Positions 24,594-33,205 of a DNA stretch of 33,400 nucleotides are shown here, piece by piece (the first letter of the stretch is position 1; the number at the start of each line of letters is the position of its first letter). The notes beneath the pieces are model-generated. The model did no database searches and had not been told where the DNA came from. It saw only the letters and a list, made by a program, of their open reading frames with translations. Origin of the DNA: Burkholderiales bacterium (GTDB taxonomy: Bacteria > Pseudomonadota > Gammaproteobacteria > Burkholderiales > SG8-41). Where the stretch lies: positions 1 to 33,400 of the forward strand of contig DASRIK010000577.1 of assembly GCA_035650035.1 (NCBI GenBank). The letters are read 5' to 3'. The translations under genes were made by a program, and so were the position numbers.

Positions 24594-25022
24594 CTAGCCG
24601 CCGCGGCGTGCGTCGAGGAGCTTACGCACGGTCTGCATCGCGACGAGCCCGCCGCCGATCATGTATGCGAGCGGGGTCCCGCCACCAAAGATCGTGTTCG
24701 TATTCGGGAGCTTCACCCACTGGTCGGCGAGTTTCTCGCCATAGAGAATGTGCAGCGCCTTGTAGATCCCGGTGAGATAGGAAATGCGCATGATGCGATC
24801 GACGTCGAGCACGCGATCCGGATTCTTCTTCCAGTCGTAGTAGGCGCTGCTCGAGAGTCCCCCAAGCAGCTCGCGTGCGTCCTCGTCGCGGATCTTCCAT
24901 CGCTCGATCATGCGGAAGAAGCCGCGCAGCGCCGAGCGCGACAGGCGTTCACGCTCGCTTTTCGAGCTGAGATCGGCGATGCGAGGCAGCTCGAAGCTGC
25001 TGGAAGGATAGGCAAGCCCCAC
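24594..25022 (-). CDS. Xre-like antitoxin with C-terminal DUF2384 (MbcA/ParS-type) toxin-binding domain
   Basis: 142 aa. GTG 25022 is preceded by SD AGGAG (8 nt). The C-terminus 'IFGGGTPLAYMIGGGLVAMQTVRKLLDARRGG' is the typical DUF2384 ending. Confidence 0.85.
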   Translation of the reverse strand: MGLAYPSSSFELPRIADLSSKSERERLSRSALRGFFRMIERWKIRDEDARELLGGLSSSAYYDWKKNPDRVLDVDRIMRISYLTGIYKALHILYGEKLADQWVKLPNTNTIFGGGTPLAYMIGGGLVAMQTVRKLLDARRGG

Positions 25023-25036
25023 GGTGAGATCTCCTT

Positions 25037-25073
25037 ATTCGGACAGAATACACTCCGAATTCGGAGGCCGCAA
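25037..25073 (-). promoter_or_regulatory. candidate autoregulated promoter/operator of the RES-Xre operon
   Basis: On the minus strand the arrangement is TTGCGG (25073-25068), a 17-nt spacer, then TATTCT (25050-25045). The spacer holds the perfect 12-bp palindrome TCCGAATTCGGA (25054-25065). A third half-site TTCGGA is at 25038-25043, overlapping the predicted start-site/SD region. Confidence 0.45.
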
Positions 25074-25115
25074 CCAGAGCGTCCGACCTTGAGGCACTCT
25101 TTCAATGCGCGGCGT

Positions 25116-26117
25116 TTATTGGCGGGGCAGACGCGCCGCCCGTACGACCTGGCCATACCGGTCGATGTCGGCGACGAGCAGCTCGCGAAGCTGCTCCGGC
25201 GTACCGGGCCACGGATCCACCCCCAAAGCGGTCAACCGCTCGCGGATGTCGGCTGTTTCGAGCGCCCTCACGAGCTCACGGGACAACCGCGCAACGATGT
25301 CCGGCGGCGTGCCGGCAGGCGCGAACATCCCGTACCAGAGCGGCATGGTGAAACCGGGAACACCGGCCTCGATGCCCGTGGGTACGTTCGGCAGCGCCGG
25401 GATCCGCTCGTCGGTCAGTACGGCGAGCGCCCGCACTTTTCCCGCACGGATGTGCACGAGCGCGGTCGAGACCGGCATCACCACTTCGTCCACCTCGCCC
25501 GTGAGCATTCCGTAGACGGCCTGTGTCACGCCTTTGTAGGGCACATGCACCATGTCGATTTTCTCGAGGTGCTTCAGCAGCTCGTTCGCGAGATGGTTGG
25601 TGGTGCCGGCGCCGCCCGAGCCGAAATTGATCTTGCCGGGGTGCGCGCGCGCAAGACTGATGAACTGCCGCAGCGTTTTTGCCGGAACGGACGGATGTAT
25701 GAGCAGCACGTTCGGAATCGACGTCAACCGCGCAACCGGTACGAGGTCTTTCACCGGGTCGTAGCCGAGCTTCGCATAGAGCGAAGGGCTGACGGCGATG
25801 CTGGAGGTGGCGATCAGGATCGTGTAACCGTCGGGCGGAGACTTCGCTGTCGAGGCGATGCCGACATTGCCACCGGCGCCCGGCCGGTTGTCGGCCAGCA
25901 CCTGCTCGCCCAGCTGTGCCGAGAGCTTCTCGCCCAGCATGCGCCCGACGATGTCGCTCGACGCGCCCGCGGGGAAGGGCACGATCAGCCGTATCGGTTT
26001 GGCGGGATAGGCCTGCGGCACCGCAGGTATCGCGGCGAGCGTACGAACGGAAGGGCAGAGCAGCGAAACCGACAGCACCGCCAAAAGAACCGCGCGACGT
26101 ATCTCGATGGGGCCCAT
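25116..26117 (-). CDS. Bug-family (TctC-like) periplasmic substrate-binding protein, orphan
   Basis: 333 aa; SD GGAGG. A signal peptide is followed by 'YPAKPIRLIVPFPAGASSDIVGRMLG'. Confidence 0.9.
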   Translation of the reverse strand: MGPIEIRRAVLLAVLSVSLLCPSVRTLAAIPAVPQAYPAKPIRLIVPFPAGASSDIVGRMLGEKLSAQLGEQVLADNRPGAGGNVGIASTAKSPPDGYTILIATSSIAVSPSLYAKLGYDPVKDLVPVARLTSIPNVLLIHPSVPAKTLRQFISLARAHPGKINFGSGGAGTTNHLANELLKHLEKIDMVHVPYKGVTQAVYGMLTGEVDEVVMPVSTALVHIRAGKVRALAVLTDERIPALPNVPTGIEAGVPGFTMPLWYGMFAPAGTPPDIVARLSRELVRALETADIRERLTALGVDPWPGTPEQLRELLVADIDRYGQVVRAARLPRQ

Positions 26118-26180
26118 TCGTGCCTCCTCTGCGCCTGGTCCGCCCGCGGCAGGCAGATTAACCGCGGCAGGGCGGCGCCG

Positions 26181-26945
26181 CTATCTGCCTTTCCACTGCG
26201 GCTTGCGCTTCTCCTTGAACGCGCGAGCGCCTTCTTTCGCGTCTTCGCTCTCGTAGAGTGGTGCGCAGATCTGTTTGCCGACTTCCAGCGCGGGCTCGAG
26301 CCCCATATTCAACGTGTGCCGCACTACTTGCCGCACCGCGCCGACCGACAACGGCGCGCACTCGATGATCTCGCCGGCCATCGCGAGCGCTGCGCCGATC
26401 AACTCTCCGCGCGGCACGACCTGATTCACGAAGCCGATCTCGTACGCGCGCTTCGCGTCGATCGTTCTGCCCGTCAGCATGAGCTCGAGCGCGATGCGGC
26501 TGCCGAGCATACGGATCATCGGCGGCGACCACGCGACACCGCGTCCGACTTTCGGCTCGGTGATCCCGAACTTTGCAGTGTCCGCCGCGATGCAGAGGTC
26601 GCACATCTGCGCCAGCACCCAACCCCCGGCGATGGCGAAACCGTTCACGGCCGCGATCACCGGCTTGCTCACGTGTAGCGTATCGCCGAGGATCGGCAGC
26701 GGCGGCAACGGCAGCCCTTCTTCGCGTGCGCCTTCCTTCAAGTCGCGGCCGGCCGAGAATGCCTTGTCGCCCGCGCCCGTGAGGATCGCGACTCTCAGCG
26801 CCGAATCCTTGTCGAAATCCTCGAACGCGCGCCAGAGCTGCGCGCACATCGGACGGTCGATTGCGTTGCGCTGGTCGGGACGGTTCAGCGTGATGAGCGC
26901 GCACTGTCCGCGTACCTCGAACAGCACTTCGTTTTGCGTTTCCAT
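26181..26945 (-). CDS. enoyl-CoA hydratase/isomerase (crotonase) family protein
   Basis: 254 aa from ATG 26945. Motifs are 'ALITLNRPDQRNAIDR', 'VAILTGAGDKAFSAGRDLKE' and 'KPVIAAVNGFAIAGG'. Confidence 0.9.
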   Translation of the reverse strand: METQNEVLFEVRGQCALITLNRPDQRNAIDRPMCAQLWRAFEDFDKDSALRVAILTGAGDKAFSAGRDLKEGAREEGLPLPPLPILGDTLHVSKPVIAAVNGFAIAGGWVLAQMCDLCIAADTAKFGITEPKVGRGVAWSPPMIRMLGSRIALELMLTGRTIDAKRAYEIGFVNQVVPRGELIGAALAMAGEIIECAPLSVGAVRQVVRHTLNMGLEPALEVGKQICAPLYESEDAKEGARAFKEKRKPQWKGR

Positions 26946-27360
26946 GACTCCTGCCGCAGCTAAAAAAGACTGTGTCTGTTTATCCTTTCGTGCGCGGCGA
27001 GGCAATAGTCATTCGTTCTATGGCGGCATGCGAAAGGGATCTCGTGCTTCTCACCGCGGCGTCCGAGCATTTCGGCGAGCCGCGCTGCGGTGAACGCGGT
27101 CGCGCCCTTGCACGCGACTGGCTCCTGCGTCCGCCCGGCTGAGTCCGCACGACCACCTCGATTTCGGATGGAGCGTGCGCGCGTTTCCGACCATCGTCCC
27201 CACGCCGACCAGTTGACGCTCGAAGCTTACACGATCACTCCCGGTTTCTCGCACGCAGCTGTGGCACCATTCGTACTGCGCATTCGCGCAACTTCACTGG
27301 GCTATCGCGGCGCTCCGTCGTCCATGCTCAGCAAAAGAAGAACGGAAGCTCGGGCTCGAT

Positions 27361-28596
27361 GTGATTCGACCATTCCTCCTGCGGCTTGCCCGCATGCAGC
27401 AGTTTGCGGCGCTTCGCCATCGCGGCTTCCGCCTGCTGTGGAGCGCCACGCTTCTTTCCTCGACGGCGCGGTGGGCCGACACGGTGGTGATCGGCTGGCT
27501 CACTCTGGAGCTGACGAATTCGGCGCTCATGGTCGGCATCGTCGCGGCGAGCAAGATGGCGGGCTATGTCGCAGCGCCATTCATGGGCGTCATCGCGGAC
27601 CGTATGGACAGGCGCCTGCTCCTGATCATCGCGGCAGTCGTGAACCTGGCGGTCTCGGCGCTAATGCTGATTCTCTTTGCTACGGGCGCGCTCGAGTTGT
27701 GGCACGTCATAACGCTCGCGCTCGTGAGCAGTCTCACCTGGGCGCTCGACAACCCGACGCGTCAGGCTTTCCTGCCGGACCTCGTGTCGAGAGACCGCCT
27801 CACGAATGCGATCGCGCTGAACGCGCTCGCGAACGAGATCACCGTCGTGGTGGGTCCGGCGTTAGGCGGGATATTGATTCCGGTATTGGGGATGGGCGGC
27901 GCGTACGGGATGATCTCAGCCATGTACGTGCTCGATGTGTTCGTGCTGCTCATGCTCAAAGATCGCAAGGACGTCGCCTCGCACGTGCACGAGTCGCCGG
28001 TCAAGAGTCTGATCGGCGGTTTCAAGTATGTCTGGCGCCACCAGACCGTGCTCGTGTTGATGGTAATCGCGTTCGTCATGAACCTCCTTGCAGCTCCTTA
28101 CCGATACGCCTTCCTTCCGGTCTTTTCGCGCGACATCCTGCACACGGGCCCGGCGGGCTACGGCATCCTCACGGCGATGGCTGGTGTCGGGGCGCTGGTC
28201 GCGGGGCTCTGGGTCGTGTCTTTAGGCGACTTCGAACGCAAGGGCAGGCTGCTGATATGGACGAGCATCGCGTGGCCGGCATCGCTGCTGCTGTTCGCCG
28301 TGTCGACGTCGTATTCCCTTTCGCTCGCGCTCATCTTTGTCGCCGGGCTCACGCAGGCGATCGTGTGGACCGTGATCGCGACGTTGATATTGAGTCATAC
28401 CGAACAGGCGATGCGCGGCCGTGTGATGGGTCTGCGCACGGGGGTCATTGCGAGCTTACCACTCGGGAATCTGTTCGCAGGCGCCGTAGCGGAGCGCTTC
28501 GGTGCTCCGATCGGGCAGGGCGCTTATGCGCTGATTGCGATAGTCGTCATGTTCGCGATCGTTCTGTGGGCGCCGAATCTATATCGGTCGGAATGA
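27361..28596 (+). CDS. MFS transporter (EntS/MFS_3-like)
   Basis: About 400 aa with 12 TM segments. 'MQQFAALRHRGFRLLWSATLLS' suggests ATG 27394 as the true start; GTG 27361 is the longest option. 'GVIADRMDRRLLL' is the MFS loop 2-3 motif. Confidence 0.85.
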   Translation: MIRPFLLRLARMQQFAALRHRGFRLLWSATLLSSTARWADTVVIGWLTLELTNSALMVGIVAASKMAGYVAAPFMGVIADRMDRRLLLIIAAVVNLAVSALMLILFATGALELWHVITLALVSSLTWALDNPTRQAFLPDLVSRDRLTNAIALNALANEITVVVGPALGGILIPVLGMGGAYGMISAMYVLDVFVLLMLKDRKDVASHVHESPVKSLIGGFKYVWRHQTVLVLMVIAFVMNLLAAPYRYAFLPVFSRDILHTGPAGYGILTAMAGVGALVAGLWVVSLGDFERKGRLLIWTSIAWPASLLLFAVSTSYSLSLALIFVAGLTQAIVWTVIATLILSHTEQAMRGRVMGLRTGVIASLPLGNLFAGAVAERFGAPIGQGAYALIAIVVMFAIVLWAPNLYRSE

Positions 28597-28626
28597 GACA
28601 TGGCGGCGCGTGTTCAGCGTGCTCTT

Positions 28627-29475
28627 TCAGCGTTTCTCGGGTGTCCAGCCATATGCCTTCGCGCACGCACCCCCCATCAGCATCGCCCGTTCACTGTCGG
28701 TCAGGCGATTCGTCTCGAGGAAGGGCTTCACCGCCTGCTCGTAGTTGCAGACCGCATACGCGCGCGTCCAGTCGGTACCCCAGAGGCAACGCTCGAGGCC
28801 CCACGCGTCGAATACACGCTGGAGCGGATCCCAGATGTCCGGATAGGGATACGGCTCGCGGGATAGCGTGCAGGCGCCACTCACCTTGATCACGGCATTC
28901 GGCCGTTTCGCGAGCGACAGTACCTTCGGCAGCTCGGCCCAGGGCTGCGGCGGGGCGGGTGGCGTGCGAGGCTGCATGAGTCCGAGATGGTCGATGATGA
29001 ATCGCACGTCGGGATGGCGGTCGATCAGCGTCGTGCCCGCGTCGATGTTGCCCCAGAACAAGATGTTCACGGGGAAGTCGTGTTTCACCGCTGCTCGCAG
29101 GATGCGGTCGAGGCCCGGATCGGCCGGGTCGCGGTCCCGTCCCGGATCTTTCGTCAGCATGATGCGAATGCCGACAGTGCCCGGCGTCTTCTTCCAGTCG
29201 GCGATGACATCGGCCACCGCCGGATTGTCCGGGTCTACCGGTTTTACGAGCGCAAAGCGGTCAGGATGAGCCCGTTGCACTTCGACGGAATAGCTGCCGT
29301 CATAGCGGTACATGGCGAACGGCGAGATGAAAATCGCACCGTCGACGCCCAGCTTGTCCATCGCCGCGACCATCTCGTCGCCAGTGACGTGATCGGGCCA
29401 GTTCGGCACGCTGTGCCAGGGGCGTTTCGGAGTGTTCGCCTCATAAGCGTGGACCTGCGAATCGATGATCGGCAT
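28627..29475 (-). CDS. amidohydrolase-2 family metal-dependent hydrolase
   Basis: 282 aa; SD GGAG. The N-terminus 'MPIIDSQVHAY' supplies the HxH-type metal ligand. Further motifs are 'RFIIDHLG' and 'LWGTDW'. Confidence 0.85.
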   Translation of the reverse strand: MPIIDSQVHAYEANTPKRPWHSVPNWPDHVTGDEMVAAMDKLGVDGAIFISPFAMYRYDGSYSVEVQRAHPDRFALVKPVDPDNPAVADVIADWKKTPGTVGIRIMLTKDPGRDRDPADPGLDRILRAAVKHDFPVNILFWGNIDAGTTLIDRHPDVRFIIDHLGLMQPRTPPAPPQPWAELPKVLSLAKRPNAVIKVSGACTLSREPYPYPDIWDPLQRVFDAWGLERCLWGTDWTRAYAVCNYEQAVKPFLETNRLTDSERAMLMGGACAKAYGWTPEKR

Positions 29476-29632
29476 TGCGAAAGCTCCTCTGTATGCGTCT
29501 ACTTTGTGGTCATGCCGCTAAACCAATTGCTGAATTGGCGGCGACGGCGCGGCTATAGATGATATCCGGCTATCATAGGACTGCGATAGAAATCCGTCGT
29601 TGCGGCCACCAGCGAGGTCGATGACCCGATAC

Positions 29633-30802
29633 TCACGCTGCCGCGTTCAGTATCTCCAGCACGTCATGCGCGGTGCTCATCTTGCGTGGATTCGTGTACA
29701 GCCATGCATCGTGCAGCGCATGCTCTGCGATCACACCGAAACGCTCGCGGCTTACGTCCACTTCCGTGAGCCGGCGGGGCAGGCCCAGCGCGCCGATGAA
29801 CGACGACACGACTTCCGCTGCACGCTCTCCAGGGTGGGCCATCGCTTCTGCAACGAGTCGCTGGCGGTCGGCGTTGGCGGGTTCGTTGTAACGCAGAACG
29901 TACGGCAGCATCACGCACGAGGTGTATCCGTGCGGGACACCGCACGTTGCGCCGAGCGCGTGGCCGATTGCGTGGCTTGCCCCCATTTGCACGCCCCCGT
30001 GCCGCCCCGCCGTCGAGAGCCAGGTCGCGAGCTGGCAGTCCAGGCGAGCGTCGAGATCGCGCGGATTTTGTTTCACGCGCGGAAGCGCCGCAGCCAGAAG
30101 CTTCAGGGCATGCACGTAATACATGTCGCTGACCGGATTGCTGAACTGCGAGCACAAGCCCTCGGTCGCATGATCGAGCGCGCGAATTCCGGTGGATAGC
30201 CAGACCCACATCGGCGTGTGTACCGTCGGCGCGGGATCCAGAATGACGACGCGCGGCACGAGCAGATGATGGCGATAGCTGTGTTTCGTCTTGCTTCGGT
30301 GATCCAGCGCGCCCGCCGTGGCGTTGAAGTCGCCGGCCGAGAGCGTGGTCGGAACCGAGATCTGGTCCACTGAAGGACCGTCGAATGTCGGGTTTTCACG
30401 TTTGCCGTCGGCGCCAAGCGTCGAGCGATACGCGTCGAATCCGTCGAGATCGTCGATGCCATGCTGCAGACAAAGCCGCACCATCTTGCCTGCGTCCGTA
30501 AGGGAGCCGCCGCCGAACGTCACGATCAAGTCGGCCCGAACAGCTCTCGCGGCGCGTGTGGCGTCGAGCACGGCCTCGCGCGGTGTAAGGGCAGGCATCG
30601 CGTCGTAAAGACCCGCATAGCGGCTGTCGAGTGCGTCCCTTACTTTCGCGACCTCATCGGTGTTGCGACTCATCGTGCGGCTCGCCATCAGGAACACCCG
30701 GCTTGCGCCGAGCCGGTCGGCTTCCGCCGTCAGCGCGACCGCAGTGGGTTGGCCATATACGATGCGTTCGGTTGCGGGAAAATCGAATATTCCGGACTGC
30801 AT
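29633..30802 (-). CDS. iron-containing alcohol dehydrogenase family (maleylacetate-reductase-like)
   Basis: 389 aa; SD GGAG. Motifs are 'LIVTFGGGSLTDAGK' (GGGS dinucleotide motif), 'HAIGHALG' and 'VPHGYTSCVMLPYVLRYN'. Confidence 0.85.
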   Translation of the reverse strand: MQSGIFDFPATERIVYGQPTAVALTAEADRLGASRVFLMASRTMSRNTDEVAKVRDALDSRYAGLYDAMPALTPREAVLDATRAARAVRADLIVTFGGGSLTDAGKMVRLCLQHGIDDLDGFDAYRSTLGADGKRENPTFDGPSVDQISVPTTLSAGDFNATAGALDHRSKTKHSYRHHLLVPRVVILDPAPTVHTPMWVWLSTGIRALDHATEGLCSQFSNPVSDMYYVHALKLLAAALPRVKQNPRDLDARLDCQLATWLSTAGRHGGVQMGASHAIGHALGATCGVPHGYTSCVMLPYVLRYNEPANADRQRLVAEAMAHPGERAAEVVSSFIGALGLPRRLTEVDVSRERFGVIAEHALHDAWLYTNPRKMSTAHDVLEILNAAA

Positions 30803-30921
30803 GCCGAATCTCCGATGCGGGATTGAACTGCTCGGGAGGCGAGCGCTCGGTCAGGCCGACTTCGTGCAGACGCCCTCAAACGGGGGCTGGACCCCGCATC
30901 ATCCGCATCGCCAGAAGTATT

Positions 30922-31683
30922 TCACCTGCCTCCGCTGACCAGCTCAAAGCCGGCGTCCGCCCATCGCTGACGTTGTGCGGGATCCGAGATGAACCTGACA
31001 AACGCGAGGCCGGCATCCGGCACAGTACTGTTCAGGGGAAGGGCGGCACCATACACCACAAAACTCTGGAAAGGGGGCGGCAGAAGACCGACCACAACGA
31101 CATCCTTGGCCTTGCGCACTTCGCTGATGAGATACAAGCCGACATCGGCTTCGCCGGTCGCGACCAGGCCTGCTCCGCCGTCGATCGCAGCCTTGAAGAG
31201 AAGCTTCGGATTTATGGCCTCTGCAATCCCAAGCTCCGCGAACGTATGCATAAGATGACGCCCACTGGGAACGCTTGCCTGCGGAAGGGCAATCCTTCGG
31301 GCATCGAGCAGCGTCTTGCGCACGGCATCAGCTGTCGAAATATCAGGGCGCTTTCCATCCGGCCGCGCGATAAGCGCGATGCCGACCCGCGCCACTGTTG
31401 AGCGTCCGTCTGATCGCATAGGCACGTTTTTCTCGGTCGCGGCGAGCAAAGGCTCGGGCAGCAGGACGACATCCGCGCTTTCGCCGGCTGCGAGCTTTCG
31501 CTGAATTTCCGTCACGAGTGCGAAAGTGAATGCCACACTGTGCCCGGATTGCTTTTCGAATTCCGGCGCGAGCAACCGCAGTACTTCCTGTGGCGCGCCG
31601 CCACTGTATACGCGGATATCCGCGGCATGCGCAGACTGAGCGAACATGCAGGCTGCGGCTACTGCTATCGACCTGAATCTCAT
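30922..31683 (-). CDS. periplasmic substrate-binding protein, ModA-like (type 2 PBP)
   Basis: 253 aa with signal peptide MRFRSIAVAAACMFAQSAHA. 'DIRVYSGGAPQEVLRLLAPEFEKQSGHSV' and 'ADVVLLPEPLL' resemble molybdate/anion-binding-like PBPs. No cognate permease or ATPase is nearby. Confidence 0.6.
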   Translation of the reverse strand: MRFRSIAVAAACMFAQSAHAADIRVYSGGAPQEVLRLLAPEFEKQSGHSVAFTFALVTEIQRKLAAGESADVVLLPEPLLAATEKNVPMRSDGRSTVARVGIALIARPDGKRPDISTADAVRKTLLDARRIALPQASVPSGRHLMHTFAELGIAEAINPKLLFKAAIDGGAGLVATGEADVGLYLISEVRKAKDVVVVGLLPPPFQSFVVYGAALPLNSTVPDAGLAFVRFISDPAQRQRWADAGFELVSGGR

Positions 31684-31698
31684 CTCCCCTCCATTTGA

Positions 31699-32625
31699 TC
31701 ATCGATTCGATGGGTCTGCCGCTACATTCAGGTCCGCGTTCCCATTCGCGGACGTCATTTTCCGCTCGACCAGGTTCACCTTGAGCCACTGCTTCATGTC
31801 ACGCCAGACGTGCGCAAGCTCCTCATCGGTCGGCATATCGAGCGCGTGCGGCAGTTCCAGCGTGACCACCGGGATGCCTTCCTTCAAACCGCCGAAATTT
31901 CCCAGCGAACCAGGGAACACGCCCAGGCGTCTGAGATGCAGCCGGCCGAAACGTAGTGGCGCCTTCATGCCGGCTGGCGGCCCGTCAAAGTCGAGAACGT
32001 TGTGCGGCGCGTGAACGGACACGATCACGTCGGGCTTGAAGCGCTTGATCTCGTCGTATAGCCAGCGCGATTCTGGCTCCGAACCCGGTGCGCTACCCGG
32101 AAAGCGGCGCGGATCGCGCCTCGCCGAAACCGACCAGTAGCGGTGTGCTTCGGTGAACCAGTCATCGGTCGGGAAATTGCGGTTCAGGTCCACCCCGCGC
32201 GCGTTGACGCGCGTCGGCGGCTTTGCGAACAGCCCATCCGGGTTCATGACCGGAACCATGCGCCAATGGTATTGCTCGGCATCGCCGGACGGCTGTTGCA
32301 GCAGTTCGAGCCAGCGAAAGACGATCGATACTGCCGTCAGTTCGTCGCCATGGATGCCGCCGACGACCAGCACTCGTCCCCTGGCGTCCTGTGCCGGCTT
32401 GAATTCGCGAAGCATGATGGGCCGACCATTCACGGACCGGACCGGAACGGGAGCCAGCCTTGCCGCTACGCACGCTTTCGACTTGATGCGCGGGATCACG
32501 CGGGTGACGCTTGCACACCAGCTCTGCAACTCGCTTGCAGTCCGCATTGGGGGCGGCTGCATGGCATGAATGCTCGTGGGAGCCGACAGAAGAAGAACGG
32601 ATAACAGCGGCAGATTGCGCGGCAT
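31699..32625 (-). CDS. M14-family zinc carboxypeptidase (murein peptide amidase MpaA-like)
   Basis: 308 aa with a signal peptide. Motifs are 'VVGGIHGDELTAV' (HxxE zinc motif), 'VPVMNPDG', 'GVDLNRNFP' and 'VSVHAP'. Confidence 0.75.
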   Translation of the reverse strand: MPRNLPLLSVLLLSAPTSIHAMQPPPMRTASELQSWCASVTRVIPRIKSKACVAARLAPVPVRSVNGRPIMLREFKPAQDARGRVLVVGGIHGDELTAVSIVFRWLELLQQPSGDAEQYHWRMVPVMNPDGLFAKPPTRVNARGVDLNRNFPTDDWFTEAHRYWSVSARRDPRRFPGSAPGSEPESRWLYDEIKRFKPDVIVSVHAPHNVLDFDGPPAGMKAPLRFGRLHLRRLGVFPGSLGNFGGLKEGIPVVTLELPHALDMPTDEELAHVWRDMKQWLKVNLVERKMTSANGNADLNVAADPSNR

Positions 32626-33205
32626 CGTTTCTCTCTAAAGCGCTGGACCTGGCCCGGAATGCGGCGCATGACTGAGCCGCTACGCCGCTGTCGCATGATA
32701 CCTAAGCGCGCCGGATTCGCCAGACCAGAGGCGCTTGCTCATCGCAGCCAAGCGTCGAGTACGCGTCCGTCCAAATGTGACGTATTGCACCTCACACGAG
32801 ACTGTCCATAGTCCCAACCCGCACGCATATCGCCTCCCCTATTTGGAAGTCGCGCCGGTCGATTCCCGCATTCACACTGAACGTCACCGCATCAGAACCG
32901 ACTCACCACATGCGAGGGAGACAAATGCGTATCCGGATATTGCTTCTTTGGCCTCGATGTCGTGGTCAACGGTGTCGTTCTCGATTCCGACCTGAATCCG
33001 GGAGAAAGCTTTCTCTTCGGGCCGGCGTAAATGCTTTCTCGCTGCTCGGCATTGCGCTCGGTGCGCTTGGCTGGAGCCGAAGCCGCGAACGCTGAAGAAA
33101 AGAGTGTCGCCTCACTGGACAGCGTCCGGCCTGCTGCCGCATCATTTCGTTGTGTAAGGAAGCGGCGACTGGCCGCGCGTTCGAATGTACCGACGAGGCG
33201 CACAC

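Noticed and set aside
26140-26175. Interrupted GC hairpin (CCGCCC GCGG ... CCGC ggca GGGCGG) between the crotonase and Bug genes
   Set aside because: It has no U-tract and is bulged. It is probably just a structured intercistronic spacer, and the two genes look co-transcribed.
24141-26678. 845-aa plus-strand ORF, the longest in the track
   Set aside because: It runs antisense to four minus-strand genes with clear family signatures (RES toxin, Xre antitoxin, Bug protein, crotonase). The translation is Arg/Ala/Gly-rich with no motif. This is a typical high-GC shadow ORF.
27090-28889. 599-aa plus-strand ORF overlapping the MFS gene out of frame
   Set aside because: The Arg/Gly/Ala-rich sequence has no TM pattern. 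The alternative frame (27361..28596) gives a textbook 12-TM MFS protein.
32910-33095. 61-aa ORF (MRGRQMRIRILLLWPRCRGQRCRS...) in the long spacer
   Set aside because: The composition is extremely Arg/Cys-rich, with no hydrophobic core or motif, and it overlaps other equally poor ORFs on the opposite strand.
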